A stretch of 63,799 bases of DNA, the filler included, from Octopus bimaculoides (lineage: Eukaryota), in the NCBI RefSeq assembly GCF_001194135.2. It is 7 parts of 7 records of this genome, joined end to end, with 100 filler letters (N's around TTAATTAATTAA, not from the genome) between each part and the next. Parts side by side here need not be neighbours in the genome. Positions count along the whole stretch, not along the records: positions 3,333 to 28,230 come from NC_068995.1; 6 more parts are not named here. The stretch is one strand, 5' to 3'. The translations under genes and the position numbers were made by a program. How positions within the stretch are numbered: the first letter of the stretch is position 1; each line of letters opens with the position of its first letter. The notes under the pieces were generated by a model. The model saw only the letters and a program-made list of their open reading frames with translations, was not told the DNA's origin and made no database searches. Below, one piece after another: positions 12,681 to 25,249 of this stretch.

Positions 12681-15600
12681 AACTAAAATAGCATCAACAA
12701 ATGTATTACTTGACTCGTCACTTAAGGAAATGTTTTTCATTAACAGAAAAGTAGAGATTATATTGTTATCCGTAACTTTTACATCAGCATCCTTACTAAC
12801 AGATTCTATTCAAAGTGGTTAAGATCAATTCCACAGAATCTGGTTAGAAATAAGATTAGGAATAAATATATAATCCATACACAGTTAAAGGCAAATATTT
12901 TATAGTTCATATATTGCGCTGTTAAACAAACCTTTGCAGCAAAGATACATGTGTGGCGAAATACTGCGTAGATTGTTGCTTTTGACGTAGGTTGGATAAT
13001 GAAACAGATAATGATAAAGAGAGTTGCTTTTATTAGATGAGTAATCAATTTAACAGTGCCAATGCTGTGCAAGAGCAAGTGATATCTAACTATCTTATTA
13101 TTCAGATAATGTTTGCATAGCATGAAATCTGAAGCTTACATTCTTTTATTTGGAAATCACAGTGCGTCCTTTGATGAATATTTAAAATGCCATATATTTG
13201 AAATAAAAAAAGAAAACGAGGGAAATAAGAAAGATTCCATCTAATTGGGAATGCATAATTAAAATGTAATCACATCATGAAAATTCATCCCTTTCACTCC
13301 AGTTCTTGCTTTCACTATAGGCATCGTTAGAAAAAGGTATTTTGATACATAAATGTAAGAAGAGATATCACCAGCACAAGCAAGATTATTTTGAAAATTA
13401 AAAACAAAAATATCCATCTAAGTTTATTTGACAACCTTTATAACCTGGGGCGGTTTGTCTTCGAAAAAGCGTAGTTCTCGAAACTTTTTGAATGTGAAGA
13501 TCTCCACGAAACAGCAAAAAATGCGATATCGATTATTTGAAGCTAATTTAGATGAAGTAATTTCATTTCAGAAGCCGTCAAAATATGTTCACAAGCTACC
13601 ATTTGGCTCTGACAATAAAATTATATATTGCTGTCCATAGTGTCATTTATAGCAATTACACATTAGTACCTGTATAAAACATACATACATCTGCATTCAG
13701 AAAACAAATTATTCTGCAATTAAAAACTGTTGCCAAAGTTCTCAAAGCTGACCGAACATTCTACCATAATAAAAAAAAAACGGAAATGAAATAATTCTAG
13801 AGTAGTGAATTTGTTAACAGCATGCTACGAATATTATACGAACTACCAACAAAAAGCAAAATATCTATGGCCACTTGAAGTAAAACACATTCCATCCTCA
13901 TTAGTAGTTTCTATAGTCGTAACTACCATCATATTTTGTACTATAGTAATGGAGAGATTATCTATGCAGTGACAATGACATGCCAAACATTTGAAAGAAC
14001 GAACCAAACCGTCTGCCCCGAATTCTTTAATACACATCTATTATTTATACAACAATAAAAGCAGGAAACCTCCTAATATTTATTTGAATGTATTGCTTCA
14101 TGAAAGCAACAAAAATGTCGCTTGGTCAAAGAAACAGCTCTTATTCCACTGGACGGAATTGAGAAGAGACAATAAATACATTAGAATAACGAAGCTTTGT
14201 ATGTACTCGTTTCAAATACTCATACATATGCATAAAGATCCGCATGTAAATGGAGAGATAACCAAATAAATAAATAGATAGAGAGATAGACAGATAGACT
14301 GAAGGTAACGTATACTCTTCTCTATTTATGAAAGGTGATTGGGGGAACAATATTTTAGGAGGCCTATCTATGACCACAATAATTAAGGTAATGTTTATTG
14401 AGAAATTATGTGCCATGGTCACCTCTCCTCATCAACAACAAACTATCTCAATAAATATCGCGGCAACATACATCGTGGCAACATACGATGTGTTTCAACA
14501 GACTTCAAAAACATCCACCGATAGACATATGACAATCTAGTCTCTTTCAACAGTAAATATACACCTACTGATTGCACATATCAAGATAAAAATATATTTC
14601 CTATCTAGGCATGAACAACATGCAACTGTAAGTCTAACAGTCGTTACAAACGCTAAGCCTCACAAAATCTGATAATTTTCCTATCTAGTAATATTTCCAA
14701 ACTTCTAGCCTTCCACTACGAAGCTAGGAAATACTCAAGTTCCAGTCAGTAACTAACCCTCTACACGCTTTATGTAAAACGTATAAGGGGGTCCAAATTT
14801 CACAACTGAATAATCGAAATACATACACAATGATAAAAACTGCATTAAAAATAGAATCACCTGACTAAACACGCCAAAACGCTATTGATCTTATTTAATA
14901 ATGAGATCTGATATCACATCTCTGCCTTTTCACTACTATAATTGGTAGCGTAAACTAATTCCGTAGTGTTTTCCTCTGGCTCACTCAACACACGCATCTT
15001 TCCTCCCTTGCATCAGAGCTTCTGAGTCTCCCCTCCATGAAGCTCAACAAAAACTGTTTTCCGAATACTTTATCCCAAGAAGTCAACCATCTTCATTTCT
15101 CTTTCTTTTCACTTTTTTCTGCAGAAAACAACAATCAGATGCACAAACTGAACATAAATGGCAGTATGGATGAGTTAAATAGTGTCATCTATTTCATCAT
15201 ACACAGAAAGAGAACACGAATTGTCAAGATATACTTTTAAAATGGAATTTACCACCAGATACAAAAAAAAAAAAAAAGAAACATACAACAAATAAATCGA
15301 TTACATTCTTTTTGGCTTCTTTCTTCTAAATTCTAGAAAGAAACTGAAATTTGGTTAAATCTACAAAAAGTGTACTGATATGCAAACGAGTAAAGTAGTA
15401 TGTTCTTCATAGTATAGTTAGTTCTTAGGTCACTGTTAGTTACTTACTCTTTTTCTCCGTAGAACGACATAGACACTCTTAATGAATCGGCGCTAATCTG
15501 GTGAAACTCTGTCAAGCTTGTTTCCGTTCGTTCTGGTGGTTTAGTCACATGGTCTCTTTATACAACAAGGGCAAATATGTGCTTTTTTTTTCTTTTAGTA

Positions 15601-15824
15601 TTAAATATACGCTTGAAACGTAATTTATCCCCATATATAGCCTTTCGGCTAGCAATTTTACTCACAAATCATTGGTTAGTACGGTGCGCAGGGAGCTGGA
15701 AGGTTGAAAGTTCTCAACTTTACTGCTGTATCTGCATCCAACATGCATACACATATGCAAAGAAGAATGCATACATACACAAATATATAGGTGTATACAC
15801 AAACACAGACACACGCACATACAT

Positions 15825-16050
15825 TCTTTTATTCTTTTGCGTCTTTAAGTCATCAGGTTGCGGCCATGCCGAAGCACCGCTTTAAAGGGCTTTAGTCGAA
15901 TAAATCGACCCAAGGACATATTCTTTGTAAGCCTAGTACACTTCTTCTATCGGTCTGTTTGGTCGAACCGCTAAGTTATGCAGACGTAAACACACCAACA
16001 TCGGTTGTCAAGCGATGGTTGTGGGCTAACATAGACACAAAGACACATAC
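15825..16050 (-). mobile_element. SINE family A, 3' half
   Basis: Reverse complement of the 43750-43944 module. Confidence 0.8.
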
Positions 16051-17965
16051 ACAAAAATATATTCATGCACACATGTATATATATGTTTTATTTTCATTTT
16101 ATTTTTACTCTTATATACCTTAATTTATACACCCTAATAATTAACTTAGAAAGAAACATATATGCGCATACACATGCATATTGATGTATAAATTATTGAC
16201 ATCCATACTTGTAGCGAGTATATATATATATATATATATATATATNNNNNNNNNNNNNNNNNNNNNNNNNNNNNNNNNNNNNNNNNNNNNNNNNNNNNNN
16301 NNNNNNNNNNNNNNNNNNNNNNNNNNNNNNNNNNNNNNNNNNNNNNNNNNNNNNNNNNNNNNNNNNNNNNNNNNNNNNNNNNNNNNNNNNNNNNNNNNNN
16401 NNNNNNNNNNNNNNNNNNNNNNNNNNNNNNNNNNNNNNNNNNNNNNNNNNNNNNNNNNNNNNNNNNNNNNNNNNNNNNNNNNNNNNNNNNNNNNNNNNNN
16501 NNNNNNNNNNNNNNNNNNNNNNNNNNNNNNNNNNNNNNNNNNNNNNNNNNNNNNNNNNNNNNNNNNNNNNNNNNNNNNNNNNNNNNNNNNNNNNNNNNNN
16601 NNNNNNNNNNNNNNNNNNNNNNNNNNNNNNNNNNNNNNNNNNNNNNNNNNNNNNNNNNNNNNNNNNNNNNNNNNNNNNNNNNNNNNNNNNNNNNNNNNNN
16701 NNNNNNNNNNNNNNNNNNNNNNNNNNNNNNNNNNNNNNNNNNNNNNNNNNNNNNNNNNNNNNNNNNNNNNNNNNNNNNNNNNNNNNNNNNNNNNNNNNNN
16801 NNNNNNNNNNNNNNNNNNNNNNNNNNNNNNNNNNNNNNNNNNNNNNNNNNNNNNNNNNNNNNNNNNNNNNNNNNNNNNNNNNNNNNNNNNNNNNNNNNNN
16901 NNNNNNNNNNNNNNNNNNNNNNNNNNNNNNNNNNNNNNNNNNNNNNNNNNNNNNNNNNNNNNNNNNNNNNNNNNNNNNNNNNNNNNNNNNNNNNNNNNNN
17001 NNNNNNNNNNNNNNNNNNNNNNNNNNNNNNNNNNNNNNNNNNNNNNNNNNNNNNNNNNNNNNNNNNNNNNNNNNNNNNNNNNNNNNNNNNNNNNNNNNNN
17101 NNNNNNNNNNNNNNNNNNNNNNNNNNNNNNNNNNNNNNNNNNNNNNNNNNNNNNNNNNNNNNNNNNNNNNNNNNNNNNNNNNNNNNNNNNNNNNNNNNNN
17201 NNNNNNNNNNNNNNNNNNNNNTATATATATATATATATATATTATATATGCATACATACATGCACACATATACGCATGCACATACACACACACTTATACA
17301 AACATGAGTATAAACTTTATTTTATGAAAATAAATTTTATTTCACTTTTACTGTCTTATTCATTATGTAATTTTACTCTTATATACTATAACTCATTATT
17401 CATGATTATTGTTCAGTCCACAAATACTACTTTGTGCTGGGTGGTGTCGTATAGCCAGCTGGAGACGATGTCTCCTGAGGCTAAACAACAGTAGCATTCG
17501 TCCCAACCGGGACTGCCACATTAGGTTTACAAATAACCTTTACTTTAAACTACTGTCACTGAGTATCTCTCGTTGAGAGATTTTGGAACAATAATGTTTC
17601 TAATAATTATTAATATTATTAGACTAAAAATAAAAGTAATAATATAAACGCATGCGTGCACACACATATCCATACACACATAATAAACCTGATTGTATAC
17701 CAATCATGTTTATTCCAACGGATCATAATTTAATCTTTGTATTGTCCTTTGTGCCCCCAGATGATTTTCCATCCAAGGTATTTTAAAAAGATTATATATA
17801 ATTTTGGTTGTGAAATGAAACACTTATAGGTGGATATGTTAATTAATTAATGAATTAATTTATATTCATTAGATGTCTACGTGAAAATATGGAAAGAAAA
17901 ATGAAGAAAAATGCCTTCGTTTCGCATGGTTTAATATTTTTTTATATAAATATATACATATTATA

Positions 17966-18714
17966 TGGGTGTTGTAAAATCTAACCGGTTTTCGCTATTT
18001 AAATTAGCTTTTCAAGGGGAATTGTATAGTGATTAATTCGCATGATGAGGGGTTTCGCCGTCTTGGCTGTTTGAAAAATAAGAAAGGATTTAGAGAGTCA
18101 ACTAAGGGAGGTAATGGGTGTCAAGGGGGATAACTGATTCCTTAGTATAGTTTCTGAGGTTGTCAGGTTTGAATATTGAGGTGTGGTTTATATTTTTGAA
18201 TGAATAAGTTCTCTTTATTTAGTCGTTCTTGCACTGAAATTGAATCTTTGCACTGGTACATCTGTCAATATGTGCGCTCAGTGCAATTTGCCTGTACTGG
18301 GGGAAGCGAATCTGTTCCTTATGCACTGTGACTCTGCGTCTCCAAGAAAGGCTCGTTTGGCCTACATTGTTATGGCCACAACCTGAGCAGGTTAGGACAT
18401 AGATAAGGTTGTGGGAGGCACATGTGAAGTTAGTTTTGATTGAGAATTTTTGTCCTTGCTGGAATGTGAATTCCGAGCCTTCAATTAGGTGTGGGCATGT
18501 ACCACAATTGGGTCGTCTGCATTTTTTAACTGTTGGTATTGTATGTATTGAGTATAGTTTTGCATTACCTCCCTTGGTTCACTCTCTAAATCCTTTCTTA
18601 TTTTTCAAACAGCCAAGATGGCGAAACCCCCTCATCATGCGAATTAATCATTATACAATGCCCCTTGAAAAGCTAATTTAAATGGCGAAAACCGGTTGGA
18701 TTTTACAACACCCA
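17966..18714 (-). mobile_element. Penelope-like element (Neptune-type) 3' fragment with inverted terminal arms
   Basis: Arms 17966-18116 and 18563-18714 are inverted copies (7 substitutions and 1 indel counted by eye) enclosing a GIY-YIG coding fragment. Confidence 0.85.
18163..18563 (-). pseudogene. GIY-YIG endonuclease domain with Cys-rich linker
   Basis: AKLYS..KCRRPNCGTCPHL..FTCASHNLIYVLTCSGCGHNNVGQTSLSWRRRVTVHK..AH..[deletion/frameshift]..ERLNKENLFIQKYKPHLNIQT*. Confidence 0.85.
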
Positions 18715-20221
18715 NNNNNNNNNNNNNNNNNNNNNNNNNNNNNNNNNNNNNNNNNNNNNNNNNNNNNNNNNNNNNNNNNNNNNNNNNNNNNNNNNNNNNN
18801 NNNNNNNNNNNNNNNNNNNNNNNNNNNNNNNNNNNNNNNNNNNNNNNNNNNNNNNNNNNNNNNNNNNNNNNNNNNNNNNNNNNNNNNNNNNNNNNNNNNN
18901 NNNNNNNNNNNNNNNNNNNNNNNNNNNNNNNNNNNNNNNNNNNNNNNNNNNNNNNNNNNNNNNNNNNNNNNNNNNNNNNNNNNNNNNNNNNNNNNNNNNN
19001 NNNNNNNNNNNNNNNNNNNNNNNNNNNNNNNNNNNNNNNNNNNNNNNNNNNNNNNNNNNNNNNNNNNNNNNNNNNNNNNNNNNNNNNNNNNNNNNNNNNN
19101 NNNNNNNNNNNNNNNNNNNNNNNNNNNNNNNNNNNNNNNNNNNNNNNNNNNNNNNNNNNNNNNNNNNNNNNNNNNNNNNNNNNNNNNNNNNNNNNNNNNN
19201 NNNNNNNNNNNNNNNNNNNNNNNNNNNNNNNNNNNNNNNNNNNNNNNNNNNNNNNNNNNNNNNNNNNNNNNNNNNNNNNNNNNNNNNNNNNNNNNNNNNN
19301 NNNNNNNNNNNNNNNNNNNNNNNNNNNNNNNNNNNNNNNNNNNNNNNNNNNNNNNNNNNNNNNNNNNNNNNNNNNNNNNNNNNNNNNNNNNNNNNNNNNN
19401 NNNNNNNNNNNNNNNNNNNNNNNNNNNNNNNNTATATATATATGGGATGAGTAAGTGAGGTAGAGATTATGTAGGGTCTGGGAATCAAGAAGAAGGAGAA
19501 GGCTACACAAAGCATATAAGCAATATACAAGTGATCTGATAAATTACTTACTGCAGTACATTATTAATATAATTTGTGATATAAATTAATACGTATTTAT
19601 TTTTTGCAAGTGTGGCGTCTGTAAAAGTCAGTAGCTTATATATCGATGTATTTGCACAATGCACTCTTATTTCTCAAATAAGATTACATAAGTTCTGTAG
19701 TTTAGTGACACGAAAGCACTGTCACTTTGGTGCTAACTACTGGAGAAAACTATAATAATATCTGATGATAATCTATTCTTTGTTAACTGAACATAACCAA
19801 ATCATTATTACCGCAAAAATATTACCGTAAAATTCGTTCAACTACAGCAGGATATTTGGAAACTTTCACAAAAACTGTCTATGTTGGCTTCTTAGGATTG
19901 TAGGAGATTGTAATGGATTGATGTTCATATCTCTCTAGATGGCATTAGCACATCACAGTATGTATAACAAGAAAAGTTTACAGCAGACTGGAGTTTCCAG
20001 GATCTATATGCACTCTGTGGTACGTTCTTTACTTGACTTTTGATTTAATTCACTGGTTTCTTATCTCAACGTAATTCTTCAGTACATTGTGAGTGGTGAA
20101 CTGTCTGTGTCATTAGAGTCCACGAAAAAGAGATGAACGACACATGATACAATTTTCTTTATGTTATTTTAGAAAATATATATGTATGTGTATAATTATA
20201 AATCCACAAGGCAAAAATCAT

Positions 20222-20264
<43 letters not shown>

Positions 20265-21494
20265 NNNNNNNNNNNNNNNNNNNNNNNNNNNNNNNNNNNN
20301 NNNNNNNNNNNNNNNNNNNNNNNNNNNNNNNNNNNNNNNNNNNNNNNNNNNNNNNNNNNNNNNNNNNNNNNNNNNNNNNNNNNNNNNNNNNNNNNNNNNN
20401 NNNNNNNNNNNNNNNNNNNNNNNNNNNNNNNNNNNNNNNNNNNNNNNNNNNNNNNNNNNNNNNNNNNNNNNNNNNNNNNNNNNNNNNNNNNNNNNNNNNN
20501 NNNNNNNNNNNNNNNNNNNNNNNTATATATGCATATATATATAAATACATATATATATATAGCTACACATTTGTGTTTGTGTGTGCGCGCGCGCGTGAGA
20601 AATACTGTACTGGGATAAGGGAAGAAAATAGTATGTTACTTTCGTTGTCATTACGTCTTTCCGTCTGACACTGCAGGAAGATAAGAACATTACCAGACAA
20701 CTTCTGTTCTTCAATTTGTTTTCTTTCTTTTTGTCTGTGAAATATAGCGTAAGAGTACCATTTAACCATTATAGTTACTTATGCAAACTCTGACAGATAA
20801 AAAATGATAAGTTATGAAAGAAGATATGCGGAATGTGGGCAAAAAGAATGAAAAGCCTGAAAGTATACAGTAAAAGCAATGAGTAAAATAGTCGTGTAGA
20901 AGAATTAGAGAGTGGAGATATTGTTGACGATTATAGAGAAAAATCAGGAGAAAAAGAGAAAGTGGATGTAAACAATCAGTTCTGGGAATACAATGAAAGG
21001 GTGAATGAAGTGGTAGACAAAAGAAAATACAAAGACAAACGCAAGATGAAAGAAAAGTAAATGGAGAAAAAGGTAAGAGGGGCGAAAGACAAAAAAAAAA
21101 TAATAAATAACCACAAGAGGTGTAGTAGCAGAAGCAAAAAGGAATTTTTAAATGTCCTTCATACTTCCTAGTAATTTTAGCTGTTGTATAGTTACAATTT
21201 AATCCATTGAATTGTGTTTTAGAAGACAAGAGATATTGGAACTGAACGAATAATGGATAAAAATGCTACTGAAGTTAGAGAGCTGTGATTGGAAATAATC
21301 AATTGTAAATTAATGGAAAGTGCTTCAGATATCGCATTGTGGTTAATGAAGAAATTGATTCGTTCCATTTAGAGAAAATGTCCAGCTGAAGAATAGTTTC
21401 AGAAAGCGTTTATGTTAAACTTCGTAAGTGTGTATATGATAATTTTAATACTGTGTAATGATTCGTTTTATAAGGCACAAAAAGAAAGTGACTC

Positions 21495-22850
21495 TCCCCA
21501 GACACAACAGTGTAATGTGTTCATTAGAAAGTGGTTAGCCCTACCTCAGATATTGAACGGTTCAGCTCTCTATTGTAAAAGAGGCTCGTTGCAGTTACCA
21601 CTGGCGTCAATAGTAGAAATTTATAAACTAGGGAAGGTATGAACGGTGAAGATGCTGAGAGAGTCGAAGGACGTAGAAATCAGGCGTAATCCACCAGATG
21701 TAAAATAGCCAGGAAGTGGAAAGCAGAAGCAGAGACTAACGACATTCTGTCTTCACTTACACACCGAGATATGGTGGGTGCAGCGCAAATTCAACGGATG
21801 GGACTTGGACTTGGCGCAGATCGATTCAGACCGTTTGCAAGTATAATGCGGAGCGAACGCAGATCTGTTGTTAGCAACAACGCCGAAACAAGTGAAACAG
21901 AGAGAAGAGAGCTTCATTTGATCCAATGCGCTCAGCAAGGACAGATGACGAGATGGGAGGAACATGTTGTTAAGAGAAAAATAAGTTGGAATGAGATATG
22001 GAGGTGGACTACACCACAGCTGTTTTCTGATTCCTTCATCCTATGATGTCTTGCCATCACCTACAAATCTAGTAAGATGGAACGTCTCAGAAAATGATAT
22101 ATGCAAATGCCGAAAAGTCGGAACACTGAAACATATTCTTTCCAACTGTTCACTAGCATCGAATAGATATACACGGCGACACAATCTGGTCCTTAAGGTT
22201 ATCTTCAACGCTATAAAGAACCAAATTGATCTCATCAATGGCGAAAAAAAAACCATTCAAAGAACAAGGCAGAGATTTCATTACCTTCTTGCACTCAGGA
22301 CAGACAGCAGATCCATTTCAAGAAGAAGAAGAACCTTCCTGTGAGCGATGCAAAGTGGAACGGCTATTGGATGGTGGCTGCAGATTTACCAGGGTGCCAA
22401 GGATTCTTTCTCATCCCAGTTGAGAAAAAACCGGATATTGTAATGTGGTATGAAAGAAAGAAAGTGGTGAATCTAGTCGAGTTAACGGTTCAAAGATAAC
22501 ATGGACGCCGCTCGGGCTCGAAAGATTGACCGTTATGTAAACATCCTCGAGGAATGTGAAGACACAGGCTGGAAAGATCATGGAAAGCGGAGCATTTTCC
22601 AATCAAAGTCGGACGTAGACGATTTGTTGGACACAGTGGGAGGTGAATGTTGTTATCGTTAGGCCTAACTCATCGTAAAGCAAATACCACCATGAGTGAT
22701 ATCCAAACTACAGTGGAAAAGGCTAGCCACTGGATTTGGTTAAAAAGAAACGATGAACGATGGCTAGAAGAATATCAAACTATATCTGATAACCAGCTGA
22801 TCTACGAAGCGTGTTCTTATGTCAGTGAGGAGGCCGTTGTAAAATGATGC
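21495..22850 (+). pseudogene. 5'-truncated RLE-type non-LTR retrotransposon (HERO/NeSL-like): RT C-terminus, CCHC knuckle, restriction-like endonuclease
   Basis: RKWLALPQ..LQLPL, RKWKAE, QQGQMTRWE..RKISWNEIW, SYDVLPSPTNL, CKCRKVGTLKHILSNC..RYTRRHN, PDIVMW..LVELTV (22431-22490), EKASHWIWLKR; several frameshifts. Confidence 0.85.
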
Positions 22851-24747
22851 CAGTGTACAATAGGGGACATTCTCTCCTGATGATCCCATACACTTGCTGG
22901 CTTTGACATGCAAAGCCTTTGACTGGTAGTACTTGTATGAGCAAGTTGTTTGCAAAATGTCATGGATTTGCGAAATCTTATTGTAATAATGCCTCTTCCT
23001 TCTTCCATATTGCTGCTTTTGGCTGAGCTGCACACGAAATCCCATCATAACTTAAGTGGAAGGATGTAAATTAAGATCATATTAGCATTAAGGTTTTGAC
23101 TAAAGTAGCAGGCGATACATATATTGAACTGTAATTTTGGAGTTAAAAGTGTAAAAATTGAACACGAAGCACGAAACTGAATTTAAAAACCTCAAAAGAT
23201 AGTGGAACTGATCGTAATTAAGGGGCATTTTTGAAATCAAATTCCAACTTAGTTTTGTCCAATCTACAGTGATACATTAAGGGGAAATCGATTGCTCTGA
23301 TTAGCTGCTAGTTGTTATATGCTATAAATTTATGTATCTAAATATCTTTCAGAGTTAGTCTGAAGTACTACTGGCACGAATATGAACAGGAGTTATGAAT
23401 ATCTATTTGTCGAAAGAAGTTTATATCGCATAGCATGTGTGCACGCGTGTGTGAGATGTATAAATGTACACGGTATAGGCATAAGAAGTGGCTTACTTAT
23501 TTCAGTGCGCTTATTTAGATAAAACTCTGTTACTGGAATGCCGACAGTGCAAAACATTGACGTCTAATATAGAATTTAAAAACATCAGTACAGATGAAAC
23601 TATATTTAATTACTTTCAAAAGTAAAAAGTATTTACATAGAAATACCACAATACCACAAAATGAATTTTTGCTGGGCGACTCAAGATAAAGAAGCAGTTA
23701 ATTTTCTACATCCAGATATAAAAGGAGAAAATAACTAGAACTTGCTGATAAAACTAGCCTTACTTTCGCAGCAAAATTGATTCTGAAATATTAATGCTTT
23801 ACTCAAAGTGGAATGAAAACAAAATGTTTAATGAACGTGTTAATTAATATATGGTAGGATTCTGATTAACCTAGATCCCATCTTTGAAATAATTCGCTTA
23901 AACAAAAGCATATCGTAAGTTTTCAAAAATTTTGTTCAAGTAGTTGTTTATTTCATTTTGAAGTAATTAAATTGTTGTACAAAAATTCTCGATGACGACA
24001 TTACTTTGCCGAATTTCGTGTATTTTTTTTTCTTGAAAGCTAAGATATTTTATAACATAATCGAGTATCTTGAATAAATCTCTGATTATCACAAACTTAG
24101 AAGCTTGCTCTTAGATTTAGTTGTTATTATTTAATTTCTTCTACATATATACACTTTGGTTTCCTAACAGAATTGCTTCAATAAATCAGCATCTACGCAT
24201 AATATTTGAGTGGCTGTCTATCAGAAGAATGTAATTAAAATCATTTGAGATACTGAGATAATATACGTTGACGTGTTCATTCAGCTTTCCAGTTGATATA
24301 GTCAATTCTCTTAATATTTTTCTGTTCTTGTATTTCTTTCAGCGTCTAATAATAGGCTAAAGCTAAACTGCTTACAATAACACGAAATTCAATTGTTTGC
24401 GGGATAAAAGAAAAGAGGAAATAATTTCAGAAAATACTTTTCTCGAGAAAGATATCTTGTAACATCAATTACATATCTATTCTTCACTGAAAAAGCGTAC
24501 ATATTTCATTTCGGACAAGACTATGTTAATGGTATAATAGTAAAGTAACATACTGTCAACTATAAGTTAATTTTTTCTAAACCTATAACTCACTTCAGCA
24601 TATAACTGTTAAACATTAGTCCCAATCTGTAAATCTCTGTAAAATCTTTGTTGATATACGGGCTATATATTATTGCGAACAATCAAAATAAAATGAGTTG
24701 AAAGCGTGCGTCTTTAGTGTGTATGCATGTAATACACACACACACAT

Positions 24748-24796
<49 letters not shown>

Positions 24797-25249
24797 CACG
24801 CACATATGCACGCATATTGTATACTTATATGTATATATTTATGTATATATGCATGCACCCACGCATACATACATGCAAATGTGGACGTCATTCCATAAAT
24901 GGACCTGTGTTTTGACATATGTATGTGTGCAGGTACATATATGAATGTCTATACATGTATCCATACACATATTACTTACTATGCTTCTGGAATGTTTTAC
25001 ATATTTCCACAGTGACTATAATCTCTTGTAACTGTAATTTTTAATTTAGCAGTGTCCTTTGTTAATTTAGTGATTTGTGGAACCCACCTTCCCAGTTAGT
25101 TATAAATCCAAGTGGTTAGAATAAGCATAGTTATAAATCGAAAATAACTGCGAATTTCTCATTACTTCAGCACAAGAATATTCTTTTCTCTAATCTTTAA
25201 CGTTGGGTACGGGACTTGATCTATAGCTCCGGACAGATCACCGCTTACA

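Noticed and set aside
15093-15240. Strong-looking plus-strand splice acceptor (..TTTTTTCTGCAG) with a short open frame
   Set aside because: No convincing donor, no recognisable protein, and an equally good acceptor on the opposite strand at the same palindromic CTGCAG.
20762-21229. 155-aa minus-strand ORF rich in F, L, S and C
   Set aside because: It is the antisense shadow of a purine-rich tract with no domain features.
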